A DNA stretch of 64,000 nucleotides from an uncultured Rhizobium sp. (GCA_964527775.1 CAZGQS010000001.1:126039-190038); one strand, 5' to 3'; shown: positions 1 to 10,085, counted from the first letter of the stretch. Notes: generated by a model not told the origin, from the letters alone. A program made the numbers and translations.

Positions 1-767
1 TTGTCACTTTCGCAATAAATGGGTTCCGGAATTAATTTTTCTCTGGTACCATCAATAAAGGTTACAAATTCTTTTAATCCGCCTTGGCTGTGAAATACTT
101 CCGTTCTAAAAGTCGAGTCTTCCAATTCTTCGCGTTCATCGGTTAAGGTAAGTTTGATGCCCTTGTTCAAAAAGGCCAATTCTCTCAAACGATTTTGGAG
201 TGTTTCAAAATTGTAATGTTGAGTTTCTTGGAAAATAGTTGCGTCTGGCTTAAAAGTAACTTCTGTTCCCCTAATATCTGTAGTTCCAATTTCTCTAACT
301 GAGTATAATGGTTTTCCTTCTGAGTATTCTTGCTCAAATATCTTTCCCTCACGGAAAACACGAACATGCAAATGGATAGAAAGTGCGTTTACGCAACTCA
401 CACCCACACCGTGCAATCCCCCAGAAACTTTGTATGTGTCTTTGTCGAACTTACCACCAGCGTGTAATACAGTCATTACAACCTCTAACGCGCTTCGACC
501 CTCTTTTTCGTGTATACCTGTTGGGATACCACGACCATTATCTAAAACACGAATTGAGTTATCTTTCAGTATGGTAACATTGATAGTATCACAATGCCCT
601 GCCAAAGCTTCGTCAATACTATTATCGACAACTTCATAAACCAAGTGGTGAAGACCTTTGGGACCAATGTCGCCAATGTACATGGCTGGTCTTTTTCTTA
701 CTGCTTCTAAACCTTCAAGAACCTGAATATTATTGGCTCCGTAATTATCATTTGCTCCGTTACTCAT
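1..767 (-). CDS. gyrB: DNA gyrase subunit B, N-terminal part (gene continues beyond the left edge of the window)
   Basis: Absent from the ORF track because it has no in-window stop. Hand translation of the reverse strand from the ATG at 767-765 gives [58 protein letters not shown]..., the canonical GyrB GHKL-ATPase N-terminus. Confidence 0.95.
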   Translation of the reverse strand, partial: MSNGANDNYGANNIQVLEGLEAVRKRPAMYIGDIGPKGLHHLVYEVVDNSIDEALAGHCDTINVTILKDNSIRVLDNGRGIPTGIHEKEGRSALEVVMTVLHAGGKFDKDTYKVSGGLHGVGVSCVNALSIHLHVRVFREGKIFEQEYSEGKPLYSVREIGTTDIRGTEVTFKPDATIFQETQHYNFETLQNRLRELAFLNKGIKLTLTDEREELEDSTFRTEVFHSQGGLKEFVTFIDGTREKLIPEPIYCESD

Positions 768-901
768 ATCTATATTTTAAGAGTATAATTAGTTTGTTAA
801 TTCCGTAAAATTACGAAATACAAAAGGGTTGTGGAGCGTTCACTAGGCTTACTTTTCCACAAAAAAGCGACTAATTATAAGCATTTCTGACCAAGAACGG
901 T

Positions 902-2362
902 CTAAAATAAACCTTGATTGATGAGGCCCGTTATTCGTAAATAATTTATCAATGAATCAAAGTACTTTGATTTTTGCTCTAAGGTCTTAATTCGCGCTGT
1001 TAAGTATCTGTTTTCACGGGTATTCAGCAAGAATATAGTTCCGTCACCTGAATTGAATTTTTCAAGTTCCATTTCGTACAACTTTTGATATCCTTGTTCA
1101 ATGTCTTTTAATTGAAATAATACAGACCTGTAAATATTGGTTTGATTTTGCATCGCCTCAATTTTGGTTTGCAATTCATGTGCTTTGAATTTGAAGCCCA
1201 TTTGTGAACGAGTCAACTCTATTTTTGACATTTGATAGGTTCCTCTAGCTTCCCTCAAGAATAGGGGGCTAGATACGCCAATTCCAAAGCGTTGGTTACT
1301 CGAACTCAAACTAAAGTTCCAATCACCACCTGCCAAAGATTGATACTTCAAGTTGGCGTAGGGTAGAAGGTATTGTTTTTTCAGTTTGACATCCAATTCT
1401 TTTTTGCTCAACTCAAAAGAATACCAATTCAAATCAGGAATTTCGGTAAAGTTTTTATTAAAGCTAAAATCTGTCTTGAATAAACTGTCTAAATAGTCCA
1501 AACCTGTTTGGGTGGGCACCGTTTTAGGTTCAATAATCAACGGACGCAAATATGCACCATTTTCATTTATTTCATCTACCGCCCATAAATGCCTGCTTAA
1601 TGTAAGTCGGGCTTTATTGGTGTTGGCAAACCATAAATCAGCACTGGCTTTGAAAAGTTGATACTGAATGTGATTTTCTAAAGTATCCATTCCGTTACAA
1701 CCTCCAGCTTGAAACAAACTGATGAGTGCTTTTTGCCGATTTTCTGCCAAAGTAACTCCCGTTTGATACGCTCTTAATTGCTCATAAGAAATTAACCAGT
1801 CAATGTAATCTGTCCAGATTTGTTGAGCCAAATTTAGTATTTCAATTTGTCTTTCGAGGATGGATTGTTCTCTTCCGAGTTTTGCTTTGTTAAGTTCAGT
1901 TCGTCTTAAATCGGTCAACAAACCTCTAAGCAATGGAACTTCAACGCCAACATACTGCAATTGTTTTGAGAGTGTTTGGTTTTCTGGGGACAAAAAATCG
2001 CCTTGTCCACGTTCATTTCCAACTACAATATTCAAAGGCCCTCTTACTGGAACAAATAGTTCGTAATTTTCTCCCAAATAGTAGTTTCTTGACTGAAAAT
2101 CTTTACCTCTTCTATCTCCACTGATTTGGGGGTCAAATGCCCCGCGTCTTGCTCTAAGATTTGCTCTACCCAAGTCATCGGCTAATTCAGCAGATATCAA
2201 TAATGGGTGCCCATTCTTTATTTGAGCACTCAAATCTATAAAAGTCAATTCCTGAATGGCAGAATCAGCGGTTGATTGCGCATGGATTGGATTCCAGCCA
2301 AACAACATAAATCCAAGGGCAAAAGTTCGAATTACGTTAGAAATTCTACTTTGATTTTGCAT
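902..2362 (-). CDS. TolC-like outer membrane efflux/secretion protein
   Basis: 510-aa ORF. The likely start is Met25 (2362), which gives a signal peptide (MQNQSRISNVIRTFALGFMLFGWNPIHAQS). Size and helical/beta composition fit the outer membrane factor family. It lies immediately after an HlyD-type gene, and its start overlaps the HlyD stop by 17 nt. Confidence 0.75.
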   Translation of the reverse strand: MQNQSRISNVIRTFALGFMLFGWNPIHAQSTADSAIQELTFIDLSAQIKNGHPLLISAELADDLGRANLRARRGAFDPQISGDRRGKDFQSRNYYLGENYELFVPVRGPLNIVVGNERGQGDFLSPENQTLSKQLQYVGVEVPLLRGLLTDLRRTELNKAKLGREQSILERQIEILNLAQQIWTDYIDWLISYEQLRAYQTGVTLAENRQKALISLFQAGGCNGMDTLENHIQYQLFKASADLWFANTNKARLTLSRHLWAVDEINENGAYLRPLIIEPKTVPTQTGLDYLDSLFKTDFSFNKNFTEIPDLNWYSFELSKKELDVKLKKQYLLPYANLKYQSLAGGDWNFSLSSSNQRFGIGVSSPLFLREARGTYQMSKIELTRSQMGFKFKAHELQTKIEAMQNQTNIYRSVLFQLKDIEQGYQKLYEMELEKFNSGDGTIFLLNTRENRYLTARIKTLEQKSKYFDSLINYLRITGLINQGLF

Positions 2363-3656
2363 TTTCTGAAGGATCTTTTCTGTTGTTGTGATAATAATCA
2401 GGTGGGAATCCGTTGAGTTGTCGCCAAAGTTCATACCAAACAGGTACGCGTTTTAAGAGCATGAACGACATAGAACCCACACCAATTTTTAATTCTCTAG
2501 GCCATGGTTTTTTGCCGTCATCAGCCTTTACTAATACGCGGTAATACCCTTTTTCGTTGAGTACGTTATCTACGGCGTAAATCTTGCCAGGGAAAGTTCC
2601 GTAGGTCATTTCAGGCCATCCCGAAAACACCATGGTAGGCCAACCATCAAAAATCACCTGCACGGGTGATCCAATTTCAATCAATGGCATATCAACGGGT
2701 TTAATGAAAAGTTCTACCGCGAGATTCACATTAGATGGAACAATGGTGCATATAGACTGACCTTCTTTTACCGTTATTCCAACGCCATTGGATAAGGTTT
2801 GAGAAATCATTCCATCTTGGGGTGCTCGGATCACATAAAATCCATTTCTGATTAAATAGTTGGAATACTGATTGCGTAGTTTAGCAATTTCACTCTCCGT
2901 TTCCATTTGAGAAGAAATTGCAGTGTAACGGTCACTTTCGGTTTTAGCTAGTTTCTCTCCGTACTCAACTTTGATATTCTGTAACTCTATTCGTGCATTT
3001 TCAATGGCATTTCGTGCAATATCCAACTTCGCCTTATGAATTTGAAGCTTGGCATTTGCTTCTTGATATTTGACACGTCTATTTTCAATATCTAGGGGAC
3101 TTTTAATCTGTTTTTGCCCTAATAGAGAGTCTCGAACCAACTGCTGAAGAGCTATTTTGGCATTGACCTCAGCCGCTTTCAATTCAGCCATTTCTGATTG
3201 ATACTTGAACTGTTCTTGTTCAAATTTCACCTTTGCTTTTTGAATGGAAAAGTCTCGATTCGCTTCTAATTGTGTAATTTGATTGTTGATCGCATCAATT
3301 TTTGAAGAGTAGCTTAGTACAGAATTTTCTTTTGCTTGAATTTGTGCAGAGGTTTGTCCAATTAAGCCCGGATCCAAATACTCACTTTTTACCTCCCCAA
3401 TAACACAAATGGTATCACCTTCTTTTACTAAATCACCGTCTTTGACGTACCATTTGATGATTTGACCTGCAATTACCGGTTGCACAGATTGGGGTCTTTC
3501 ATTGGGCCTCAATGTAGTAACTACACCATCCGATTGTATGTTCTGTGTCCAAGGGAGGAACAAAAAGGCAATAAAACAAGAAATTATGATTAAAATAATT
3601 CTTTGAAGGCGTTTGCCGGCCCAAGGGCTATCAGAGTAAAAGTCTTGATTAACCAT
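2346..3656 (-). CDS. HlyD-family membrane fusion (periplasmic adaptor) protein
   Basis: N-terminal TM anchor (RIILIIISCFIAFLFLPW), a lipoyl-like motif (VKDGDLVKEGDTICVIGE), a long Q/K/E-rich coiled-coil centre and a C-terminal beta-barrel-like region. The ATG overlaps the upstream stop (ATGGTTAA). Confidence 0.85.
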   Translation of the reverse strand: MVNQDFYSDSPWAGKRLQRIILIIISCFIAFLFLPWTQNIQSDGVVTTLRPNERPQSVQPVIAGQIIKWYVKDGDLVKEGDTICVIGEVKSEYLDPGLIGQTSAQIQAKENSVLSYSSKIDAINNQITQLEANRDFSIQKAKVKFEQEQFKYQSEMAELKAAEVNAKIALQQLVRDSLLGQKQIKSPLDIENRRVKYQEANAKLQIHKAKLDIARNAIENARIELQNIKVEYGEKLAKTESDRYTAISSQMETESEIAKLRNQYSNYLIRNGFYVIRAPQDGMISQTLSNGVGITVKEGQSICTIVPSNVNLAVELFIKPVDMPLIEIGSPVQVIFDGWPTMVFSGWPEMTYGTFPGKIYAVDNVLNEKGYYRVLVKADDGKKPWPRELKIGVGSMSFMLLKRVPVWYELWRQLNGFPPDYYHNNRKDPSENAKSK

Positions 3657-4611
3657 CTATTTCCATTATTTGGTTCAACTTTTCAATAGCTATTCCACAA
3701 TCGTATAAATTCTCTACAGTGAGAATCAACTTTTCAATGGCATCTAATAGGGTAATAATGAGAATTTCCGCTGCTAAAAATTGCCCTAAGCTGATGCTTT
3801 GATTGACCAATAAATAACTTCCTAAGATCAACATCATAGCAGTAAATAAAACTTTGGTCAATATTCCAAGCCAAGCTTGTCTGTATAAAATTCCAAAATG
3901 TTGTGTTCTGCTTTCCGCGTAGTTGTTCAAGTGGCCATTGATTTCTTCTATGTTTAAATCAGTATCTTCCTCGGCAAATAACCGTCTTAAAGATTCTGCT
4001 GTTAAAAACTTATAGTTGGATTCTCTTCGAGCGGTTTCAAATCCTCTTTTCCAAGTTAATCGCAACACGATAAAGACAATAATCAAAACTACAATCCCAA
4101 AAAGAATAAAGATGGGGTGGTATAATGACAAAAGTAATAATCCAAAAATAGCTTGAAGTAATTTCCCCGTAAAATCAGTCAATAATTTAGATAAACTCTT
4201 TTGTAGTGTGATTACATCAATGAAATAAGAGGTTTTCATCTTTACATACCAGCCGTATTTGATACCTGTTTCACGAAGTTCCGAAATCTTGTCTCGGAAA
4301 ATTTCACCAAACTTTAGAAATAACTTTCTTTCAACACTATCAATGATACTTAATTGGGCAAGTTTAGTCACACCAGCCAAAAGTACACATAACGTGATGA
4401 CCAATGACAATAGAAACCAACTAGTAGACAATCTCCCTCCCATAACAAATCCTATGATGGTCTGTATTCCTAGGGGAATAGCCAAACTAATTAATCCTGA
4501 AAACACGGCATATACATAAAGGAATTTAACATTCCTTTTTTCATAGCTCAATAGAGCCAATATGTTTTTAATGGGAGTGTCTTGATTGAAAGTGCCTTTA
4601 GTAATACTCAT
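3649..4611 (-). CDS. ABC-exporter-type transmembrane domain protein without a nucleotide-binding domain
   Basis: 320 aa with about 6 predicted TM helices. The LAIPLGIQTIIGFV motif resembles the first TM helix of type I secretion ABC exporters. The protein ends (AIEKLNQIMEIDG*) where the TMD-NBD linker normally sits. No Walker A, signature or Walker B motif is present. Confidence 0.6.
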   Translation of the reverse strand: MSITKGTFNQDTPIKNILALLSYEKRNVKFLYVYAVFSGLISLAIPLGIQTIIGFVMGGRLSTSWFLLSLVITLCVLLAGVTKLAQLSIIDSVERKLFLKFGEIFRDKISELRETGIKYGWYVKMKTSYFIDVITLQKSLSKLLTDFTGKLLQAIFGLLLLSLYHPIFILFGIVVLIIVFIVLRLTWKRGFETARRESNYKFLTAESLRRLFAEEDTDLNIEEINGHLNNYAESRTQHFGILYRQAWLGILTKVLFTAMMLILGSYLLVNQSISLGQFLAAEILIITLLDAIEKLILTVENLYDCGIAIEKLNQIMEIDG

Positions 4612-4655
4612 ATTATTTTTAGTAAGTATTTCAAAGCAAAAATACGAGGAAAATC

Positions 4656-6083
4656 TTATTTACCGCGTCCTTGTATCATGATGAGAAATGTATTGAACAG
4701 TATTTTAAGATCTAAAGCGAGCGACATGTTTTCCAAATAGAATATATCAAACTTCATTCTATCTACCATCTGCGAAACATCTTCTGCATAACCGTATTTG
4801 ATTTGTCCCCAGCTTGTAATTCCAGGCTTTACGCGGTGAAGTCGTTTGTAAATGGGTGATATATTAACGATTTGATCTATGAAAAACTGTCTTTCTGGCC
4901 TTGGACCTACCAGACTCATTTGTCCCAAAAGAACATTAAAGAATTGAGGAAGTTCATCTAATCGTGATTTTCTGAGAAATACTCCCACGCTCGTTCTTCG
5001 GTCATCTAGATCATTACTTAACTGTGGACCATGCCTCTCTGCATCGACGAACATGCTTCTAAATTTGATGATTTTAAAGGGAATACCTTTGTGACCGATT
5101 CTATCTTGTCTAAAAAACACTGGGCCATTGGAATTTATCTTAATGGCTATCCCAATAAAAAGAAATAATGGCGAAATAATGACCAAGGCTAAAGCTGAAA
5201 TGGCAATGTCGATGAACCGTTTTAGGAATTTTTGCCAGTAGGGCATCACTTCGAAGTCAACTTCTGCAAGAGATGCGCCCAGAATATTGTTCATTTTTAC
5301 CATTCCCAATACCATGGCATATTCATTGGGAAGCATTTTTATATGAACAGATTGGTTCTCTATTTTATCCATGATACGAGGAACCATCTCTGATTCATTA
5401 GATTCATTGGCAATAATGATATCTTCAATTTCGTATTTCTGAATGAGATAAATCAACTCTTCCCAATTCCCTAAAATAGACCTTCTTGAAAGTTTAATAA
5501 ATTCAGTAGGATTTGAATGAGGCTTGATGCTAATAAAACCAATGACATTGAAGCCTTCGTAAACTTTTGCATGTTCAATTTCGCCCCATAGGTTCAAGGC
5601 CGTGTTACCCGTTCCCACAATGAGCGTTTTATACCCCCATTCTCTTTTTCTAAACTTGTTGATGGTATAGGTTGCATTAAACAATCTAAAAATCAAAGTT
5701 GAGAAGAAATGAAAACCAAACAATACTCCCAAACTGGTATAGTAGTCTGTGTAATTGGATACGCTATCATCTAGAATTAATACAAAAAACAAGAACAATA
5801 CCCCAACAATACTGGTGGCGATGGTATTTTCTAATTCCTTTAGCCTAGATCTTCTCAGAATAAACTGGTAATACCCTGTCATTGCATATAAAAACAACCA
5901 AAATAGAGGTATTAGAATCAGTCCTAAAAATAATTTTGGATCTTGGTTTACTGGAATGGTGTAACCATGTTTTGAGGCTTCAATAAAGTTCTTACGAAAT
6001 AGAAAAAGGGCAAGCCAAGATAAACTAGCAGCTATCCAATCAAAGAAGAGATGAGATATTAAACGGATATTCTCCTTTTTCAC
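4656..6083 (-). CDS. Polyprenyl-phosphate glycosyl-1-phosphate transferase (WbaP/bacterial sugar transferase family)
   Basis: N-terminal TM bundle, a central Rossmann-like region (TLIVGTGNTALNL) and a C-terminal catalytic domain with PVFFRQDRIG...KFRSM...DELPQFFNVL.G.MSLVGPRP. GTG start in a GTGA overlap with the upstream stop. Confidence 0.85.
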   Translation of the reverse strand: MKKENIRLISHLFFDWIAASLSWLALFLFRKNFIEASKHGYTIPVNQDPKLFLGLILIPLFWLFLYAMTGYYQFILRRSRLKELENTIATSIVGVLFLFFVLILDDSVSNYTDYYTSLGVLFGFHFFSTLIFRLFNATYTINKFRKREWGYKTLIVGTGNTALNLWGEIEHAKVYEGFNVIGFISIKPHSNPTEFIKLSRRSILGNWEELIYLIQKYEIEDIIIANESNESEMVPRIMDKIENQSVHIKMLPNEYAMVLGMVKMNNILGASLAEVDFEVMPYWQKFLKRFIDIAISALALVIISPLFLFIGIAIKINSNGPVFFRQDRIGHKGIPFKIIKFRSMFVDAERHGPQLSNDLDDRRTSVGVFLRKSRLDELPQFFNVLLGQMSLVGPRPERQFFIDQIVNISPIYKRLHRVKPGITSWGQIKYGYAEDVSQMVDRMKFDIFYLENMSLALDLKILFNTFLIMIQGRGK

Positions 6084-6976
6084 TTTAAATAGGTTAAACG
6101 GATATTATCAATTAATATTTCACGGTTTCCAGAAAATCCTTCAGGCTTATCAATGGAGAAAAATACTTCGTATTTTGTACCAACCGGTTGACCTTGAACT
6201 TCATAAATTAGATTGGAATAAATTCTTCGCCAATTTCCTTTGGTAGGATTAACGGACATGTATTGAACATAGGCACTTCCAGCAGAATTGTACCTCTTGA
6301 GAGCCAAGGTAACGAGTAAATCACTTTTGACATCAAATTCCATAAACACTTCTCGGCCATCATTGGGTAAAGAAGGTATTTTATCAAAAATGGACAAATC
6401 TATAAATTTCAACGAGTCGTTGGGGCCAAATTTAGTCACAAAAACGTTTGTGTTCCCTTTGAATTTGCCATTTAAATCAAAGCTTCTAGATTCGATAGAT
6501 GTAGTATCTCCTTTATTTAATCGAACGGGAACGAGTGTTGAATTACCAGATTCAAAATCTTCTTGCCAAGAAACTTCGGTATTGCTTCTGTAGGTAAATT
6601 TGGGGGTAAAAGAGGTGGTTTTTTCTCTGGTTAAAGTTACCTGAGTATCTAAATAAACTAATGTTCTGTAGGGTACCCAGTTCGCTGAATTACCGTTATT
6701 TTTAACAAATGCTACAAACTGCATTTTGGTGGTACCTTCTGCATTGATGGGTATTTTGCATGGAATAGGAAATGTGCCTAACGATTGACCATTGTGAACG
6801 GGTTGAACTCCAATAATTTCGTGAATGGAATTTCCTTCAATGCTTGTTGCGTCAACTTCTATGGATGTTATTTCTAAATAAGCCGGAACAAAAGAATCGT
6901 CTGTTTTACATTGGCTGAGAAAACCCATCCCAAGAAACAAGAAGAAAGCAAATGCCCAATACCTCAAAATTGACAT
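6080..6976 (-). CDS. Predicted lipoprotein of unknown function (beta-rich, CBM-like C-terminal half)
   Basis: Signal peptide with a lipobox (FLFLGMGFLSQC). No recognisable catalytic motif. The C-terminal end (ILIDNIRLTYLK) resembles the ends of carbohydrate-binding beta-sandwich modules. Confidence 0.45.
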   Translation of the reverse strand: MSILRYWAFAFFLFLGMGFLSQCKTDDSFVPAYLEITSIEVDATSIEGNSIHEIIGVQPVHNGQSLGTFPIPCKIPINAEGTTKMQFVAFVKNNGNSANWVPYRTLVYLDTQVTLTREKTTSFTPKFTYRSNTEVSWQEDFESGNSTLVPVRLNKGDTTSIESRSFDLNGKFKGNTNVFVTKFGPNDSLKFIDLSIFDKIPSLPNDGREVFMEFDVKSDLLVTLALKRYNSAGSAYVQYMSVNPTKGNWRRIYSNLIYEVQGQPVGTKYEVFFSIDKPEGFSGNREILIDNIRLTYLK

Positions 6977-7018
6977 AGGGCAAAGTTACGATTAACGGAG
7001 ATGAATAAAAAGTATGGC

Positions 7019-8005
7019 TTAAACGGTTTGATACCTTCGTTTGACTTTTTCGCAAATCCATTCACTGAGATCGGAGACCAACTGCAAGTTGTGTAAATGG
7101 GTGAGGGGAGTCAATCGTTTATCTATATTTTCAATAAAGTTGCGCAGTTCCATTCGTTTAGAATGATAGGGCATGATGGGTCTATCAAGAGTAATAAATT
7201 CAGCTTCTGAAGGAATTTCATTTTCACTCCAAACTGAATCATTCACCCCATAATCTAACTTCAATTGATCTAAGTTGTTGTTATATCTTGATTCAGATAA
7301 TTGATTTTCTGCAAAATTGATATCAAACAACTTGTCTTGCTGATATACTTTTAATAGATGTTTGCCTTCATCGATGGCTCTTCCCATAGAAATTTGACAA
7401 ATTGAATCATTGTCAAATTCAATATGTATATTCAGTAAGTCGGTTTGTTCCCCAAATAAGAACATAGGCCTTGCATTTACGCTCCTTACGCCACAATTCA
7501 TCAATCTTAGAATGATGTCTAAATCTTCTGAAAGATTCTTAAAAATCCAAGATTCAAACTGACCTTTTACAGGGGCTTTACTGAATTTTTCTAATTTAAT
7601 GAAGCGGGGCTTTTTAATGAATTGTTGAGCGGTGGTAAAAATAGGTCTTCCGTAAAGGGTATTTCCAAATTGTAACACCGTTTGACTTTCATTTCTGAGT
7701 TTTTCTAGGGTATTGATTTCGTGGGTGGACCAGTGTCTGAAACCGTCAACGAAAATGTGCTTTCCGTAGCGAATCATTTGGCTTAGAACATCAATATCAA
7801 CACTATCTACTTGATTTCCAACAATGAAAAGATCGCCTTTGTCAATGATTTCCAACAACTGAATCAAGTCACCCATAAGGTTGTAATTGTTGGAATCGTC
7901 AGGATCAAGATACCCTTGTATTTGAATACCGTCAATAGAATTTAATTCTTGGAGGTATTCTTCAATGGCTTTACTTGAACCTAAAATGATGCTTCGTTTC
8001 ATCAA
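7019..8005 (-). CDS. Gfo/Idh/MocA-like protein with degenerate cofactor and catalytic motifs (hypothetical)
   Basis: The overall pattern (IILGSS...IQGYLDPD...GKHIFVDGF...VLQFGNTLYGRPIF) parallels the Gfo/Idh/MocA N-terminal fold. However, GxGxxG is replaced by GSSKAIE and EKP by DGF. Confidence 0.35.
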   Translation of the reverse strand: MMKRSIILGSSKAIEEYLQELNSIDGIQIQGYLDPDDSNNYNLMGDLIQLLEIIDKGDLFIVGNQVDSVDIDVLSQMIRYGKHIFVDGFRHWSTHEINTLEKLRNESQTVLQFGNTLYGRPIFTTAQQFIKKPRFIKLEKFSKAPVKGQFESWIFKNLSEDLDIILRLMNCGVRSVNARPMFLFGEQTDLLNIHIEFDNDSICQISMGRAIDEGKHLLKVYQQDKLFDINFAENQLSESRYNNNLDQLKLDYGVNDSVWSENEIPSEAEFITLDRPIMPYHSKRMELRNFIENIDKRLTPLTHLHNLQLVSDLSEWICEKVKRRYQTV

Positions 8006-8092
8006 GTTTTAAAATTGTTTTCGTCATGCAAAAATTGAGGTTTAACTTTGTGTTCCCAAATTGCGTTTCACACAATCATTACAGGCGTACAA

Positions 8093-8744
8093 TATGTTAG
8101 ACCTCCCAGTACATAAAGGAAGAAGATTAAAGCTAATCAGCGAGTTGGAGCATAAAGGCATCCAAAACAAAGCCGTACTCGAGGCCATGAAGCGCGTACC
8201 TAGACATTGGTACTTCCCAAAAGACTTCGAAAATCTGGCTTACAGAGATGCTGCATTTCCTATTGGGCACGATCAAACCATATCTCAACCGTACACTGTA
8301 GCTTTTCAAACACAGCTCATAGATGTAGAAGTTGATAGTAAAGTATTAGAAATTGGAACCGGTTCAGGTTATCAAGCTGCAGTTCTAGCAGAACTCGGAG
8401 TTCAGCTTTACTCCATTGAATACGTAAAGCCATTATTACAGGAAGCCGCTAGATTATTGGTTTCATACAGAGACAAAATCAAACTCATTCACGGAGATGG
8501 CAGTAAGGGTTACTCAAAATATGCTCCATATGATGCCATCATTGTAACTGCCGGTGCTCCAACAATTCCTCAAGAATTAATGAAGCAATTGAAAATAGGA
8601 GGTAGGTTGGTTATACCTGTGGGAACTGAAAGAAATAGTCAGGAAATGTTTCGCATAACCCGAAATTCCGAAACTCATTTTAAACGTGAAAAGTTTGGAG
8701 ACTTTAAGTTTGTTCCTCTGGTCGGGGAAGATGGCTGGCTTTAA
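8093..8744 (+). CDS. pcm: Protein-L-isoaspartate O-methyltransferase
   Basis: DQTISQPYTVA and the SAM-binding motif VLEIGTGSGYQAAVLA. The ATG at 8093 is preferred over the TTG at 8061 given in the ORF track. Confidence 0.9.
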
Positions 8745-8750
8745 ATTTCT

Positions 8751-10028
8751 TTAGTGCATGGCAGCTTCAATTTCTTCCACTTCAATGGGGAAATTAGCCA
8801 TCAAATCAATCACATTGCCCGTATTTACAATAACATCATTTTCAATTCGCACTCCAATTCCTTCCTCGGGGATGTAAATACCGGGTTCAATGGTCAGCAC
8901 CGATCCTTCCGCAATAGGTTCATATCGATGCATTACATCGTGAACATCCAGTCCCAAATGATGCGAAGTGCCGTGCATGAAATATTTCATGAAGGCTCTT
9001 GGGTTATCTTTGATTTCTTGGGATGTAAACAGCCCCAATTCTACTAATTTCTCGTTGGTGAACTTGCAAACTTCTGCGTGATATTCTGGCAATGGAACTC
9101 CAGGCTTTATGATGGAATGAGCGAATTTATGTACATCCAATACCGCATTATAAACCTGTTTCTGTCTTGGAGTGAAACTGCCATTGGCGGGCACACAACG
9201 AGTTAAATCGCCATTGTAATTGCCGTATTCAGCACCAAAATCCAACAACAACAAATCACCGTCTTTTACCTGTTTATTGTTCTCAATGTAATGTAAGACG
9301 CATGCTGAACTTCCTGAAGCGATGATGGGATCAAAAGCAAATCCACGACTTCTGTTTCTCACAAATTCATGCACCAATTCAGCTTCAATTTCGTATTCCC
9401 AAACCCCAGGTTTGATGAATTTTAGAACCCTCATCAATCCTTTACGGGTAATTTCAACGGCTTCTTTCAGCATTTCAATTTCTTCAGGTTCTTTTTGCAT
9501 TCGCAATCTAGCCATGATAGGCGCACTGCGGAAAAAATGATGTGCTGGATATTTTGATTTTAGTTGATGCGTTAGTGTCACATTTGAATACGCCACGTCT
9601 GATAGAAATCTATCGTTTTCATTCAAATTGACATAAATATTTTCTGCCATCAAAATAACCGAATGAATGGTTTTCCAAAACTCATGAAACCAAAAAACAG
9701 AACTAATTCCAGACTTTTCTAAAACTTGTTCAGGATTTAAGCGCGCGCCATCCCAAACGGCTATTTGTTCGTTGGTTTCTTTGACAAAAATGGCCTCTCT
9801 AAACATATGATTTGGACAATCTGGAAACAAAACCAAGATGGTATCTTCTTGATCAACTCCAGTCAAATAATACAAATCTGATTGTTGCCTAAAACTGAAA
9901 AAAGCATCTCCATTTCGAGGCATTTCGGCATTCGAATGAAAAATTGCAATGGAACCTGGCTTCATATTCGAAGACAACTTTTGCCTATTTTTAATGAACA
10001 AGTCTTTCGAAGGAGATTGGTATTTCAT
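8751..10028 (-). CDS. pepP: Xaa-Pro aminopeptidase (M24B family)
   Basis: Metal ligand motifs DFGAEYGNYNGDLTR, HGTSHHLGLDVHD, TIEPGIY and RIENDV. The start is placed at Met73 of the ORF (10028), because the longer ORF would run through the divergent promoter region. Confidence 0.85.
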   Translation of the reverse strand: MKYQSPSKDLFIKNRQKLSSNMKPGSIAIFHSNAEMPRNGDAFFSFRQQSDLYYLTGVDQEDTILVLFPDCPNHMFREAIFVKETNEQIAVWDGARLNPEQVLEKSGISSVFWFHEFWKTIHSVILMAENIYVNLNENDRFLSDVAYSNVTLTHQLKSKYPAHHFFRSAPIMARLRMQKEPEEIEMLKEAVEITRKGLMRVLKFIKPGVWEYEIEAELVHEFVRNRSRGFAFDPIIASGSSACVLHYIENNKQVKDGDLLLLDFGAEYGNYNGDLTRCVPANGSFTPRQKQVYNAVLDVHKFAHSIIKPGVPLPEYHAEVCKFTNEKLVELGLFTSQEIKDNPRAFMKYFMHGTSHHLGLDVHDVMHRYEPIAEGSVLTIEPGIYIPEEGIGVRIENDVIVNTGNVIDLMANFPIEVEEIEAAMH

Positions 10029-10085
10029 TTTATTGTCAATTTGTAGGGCAAATTTATCATTAAGTTCCAACGAATCTGAATATGC

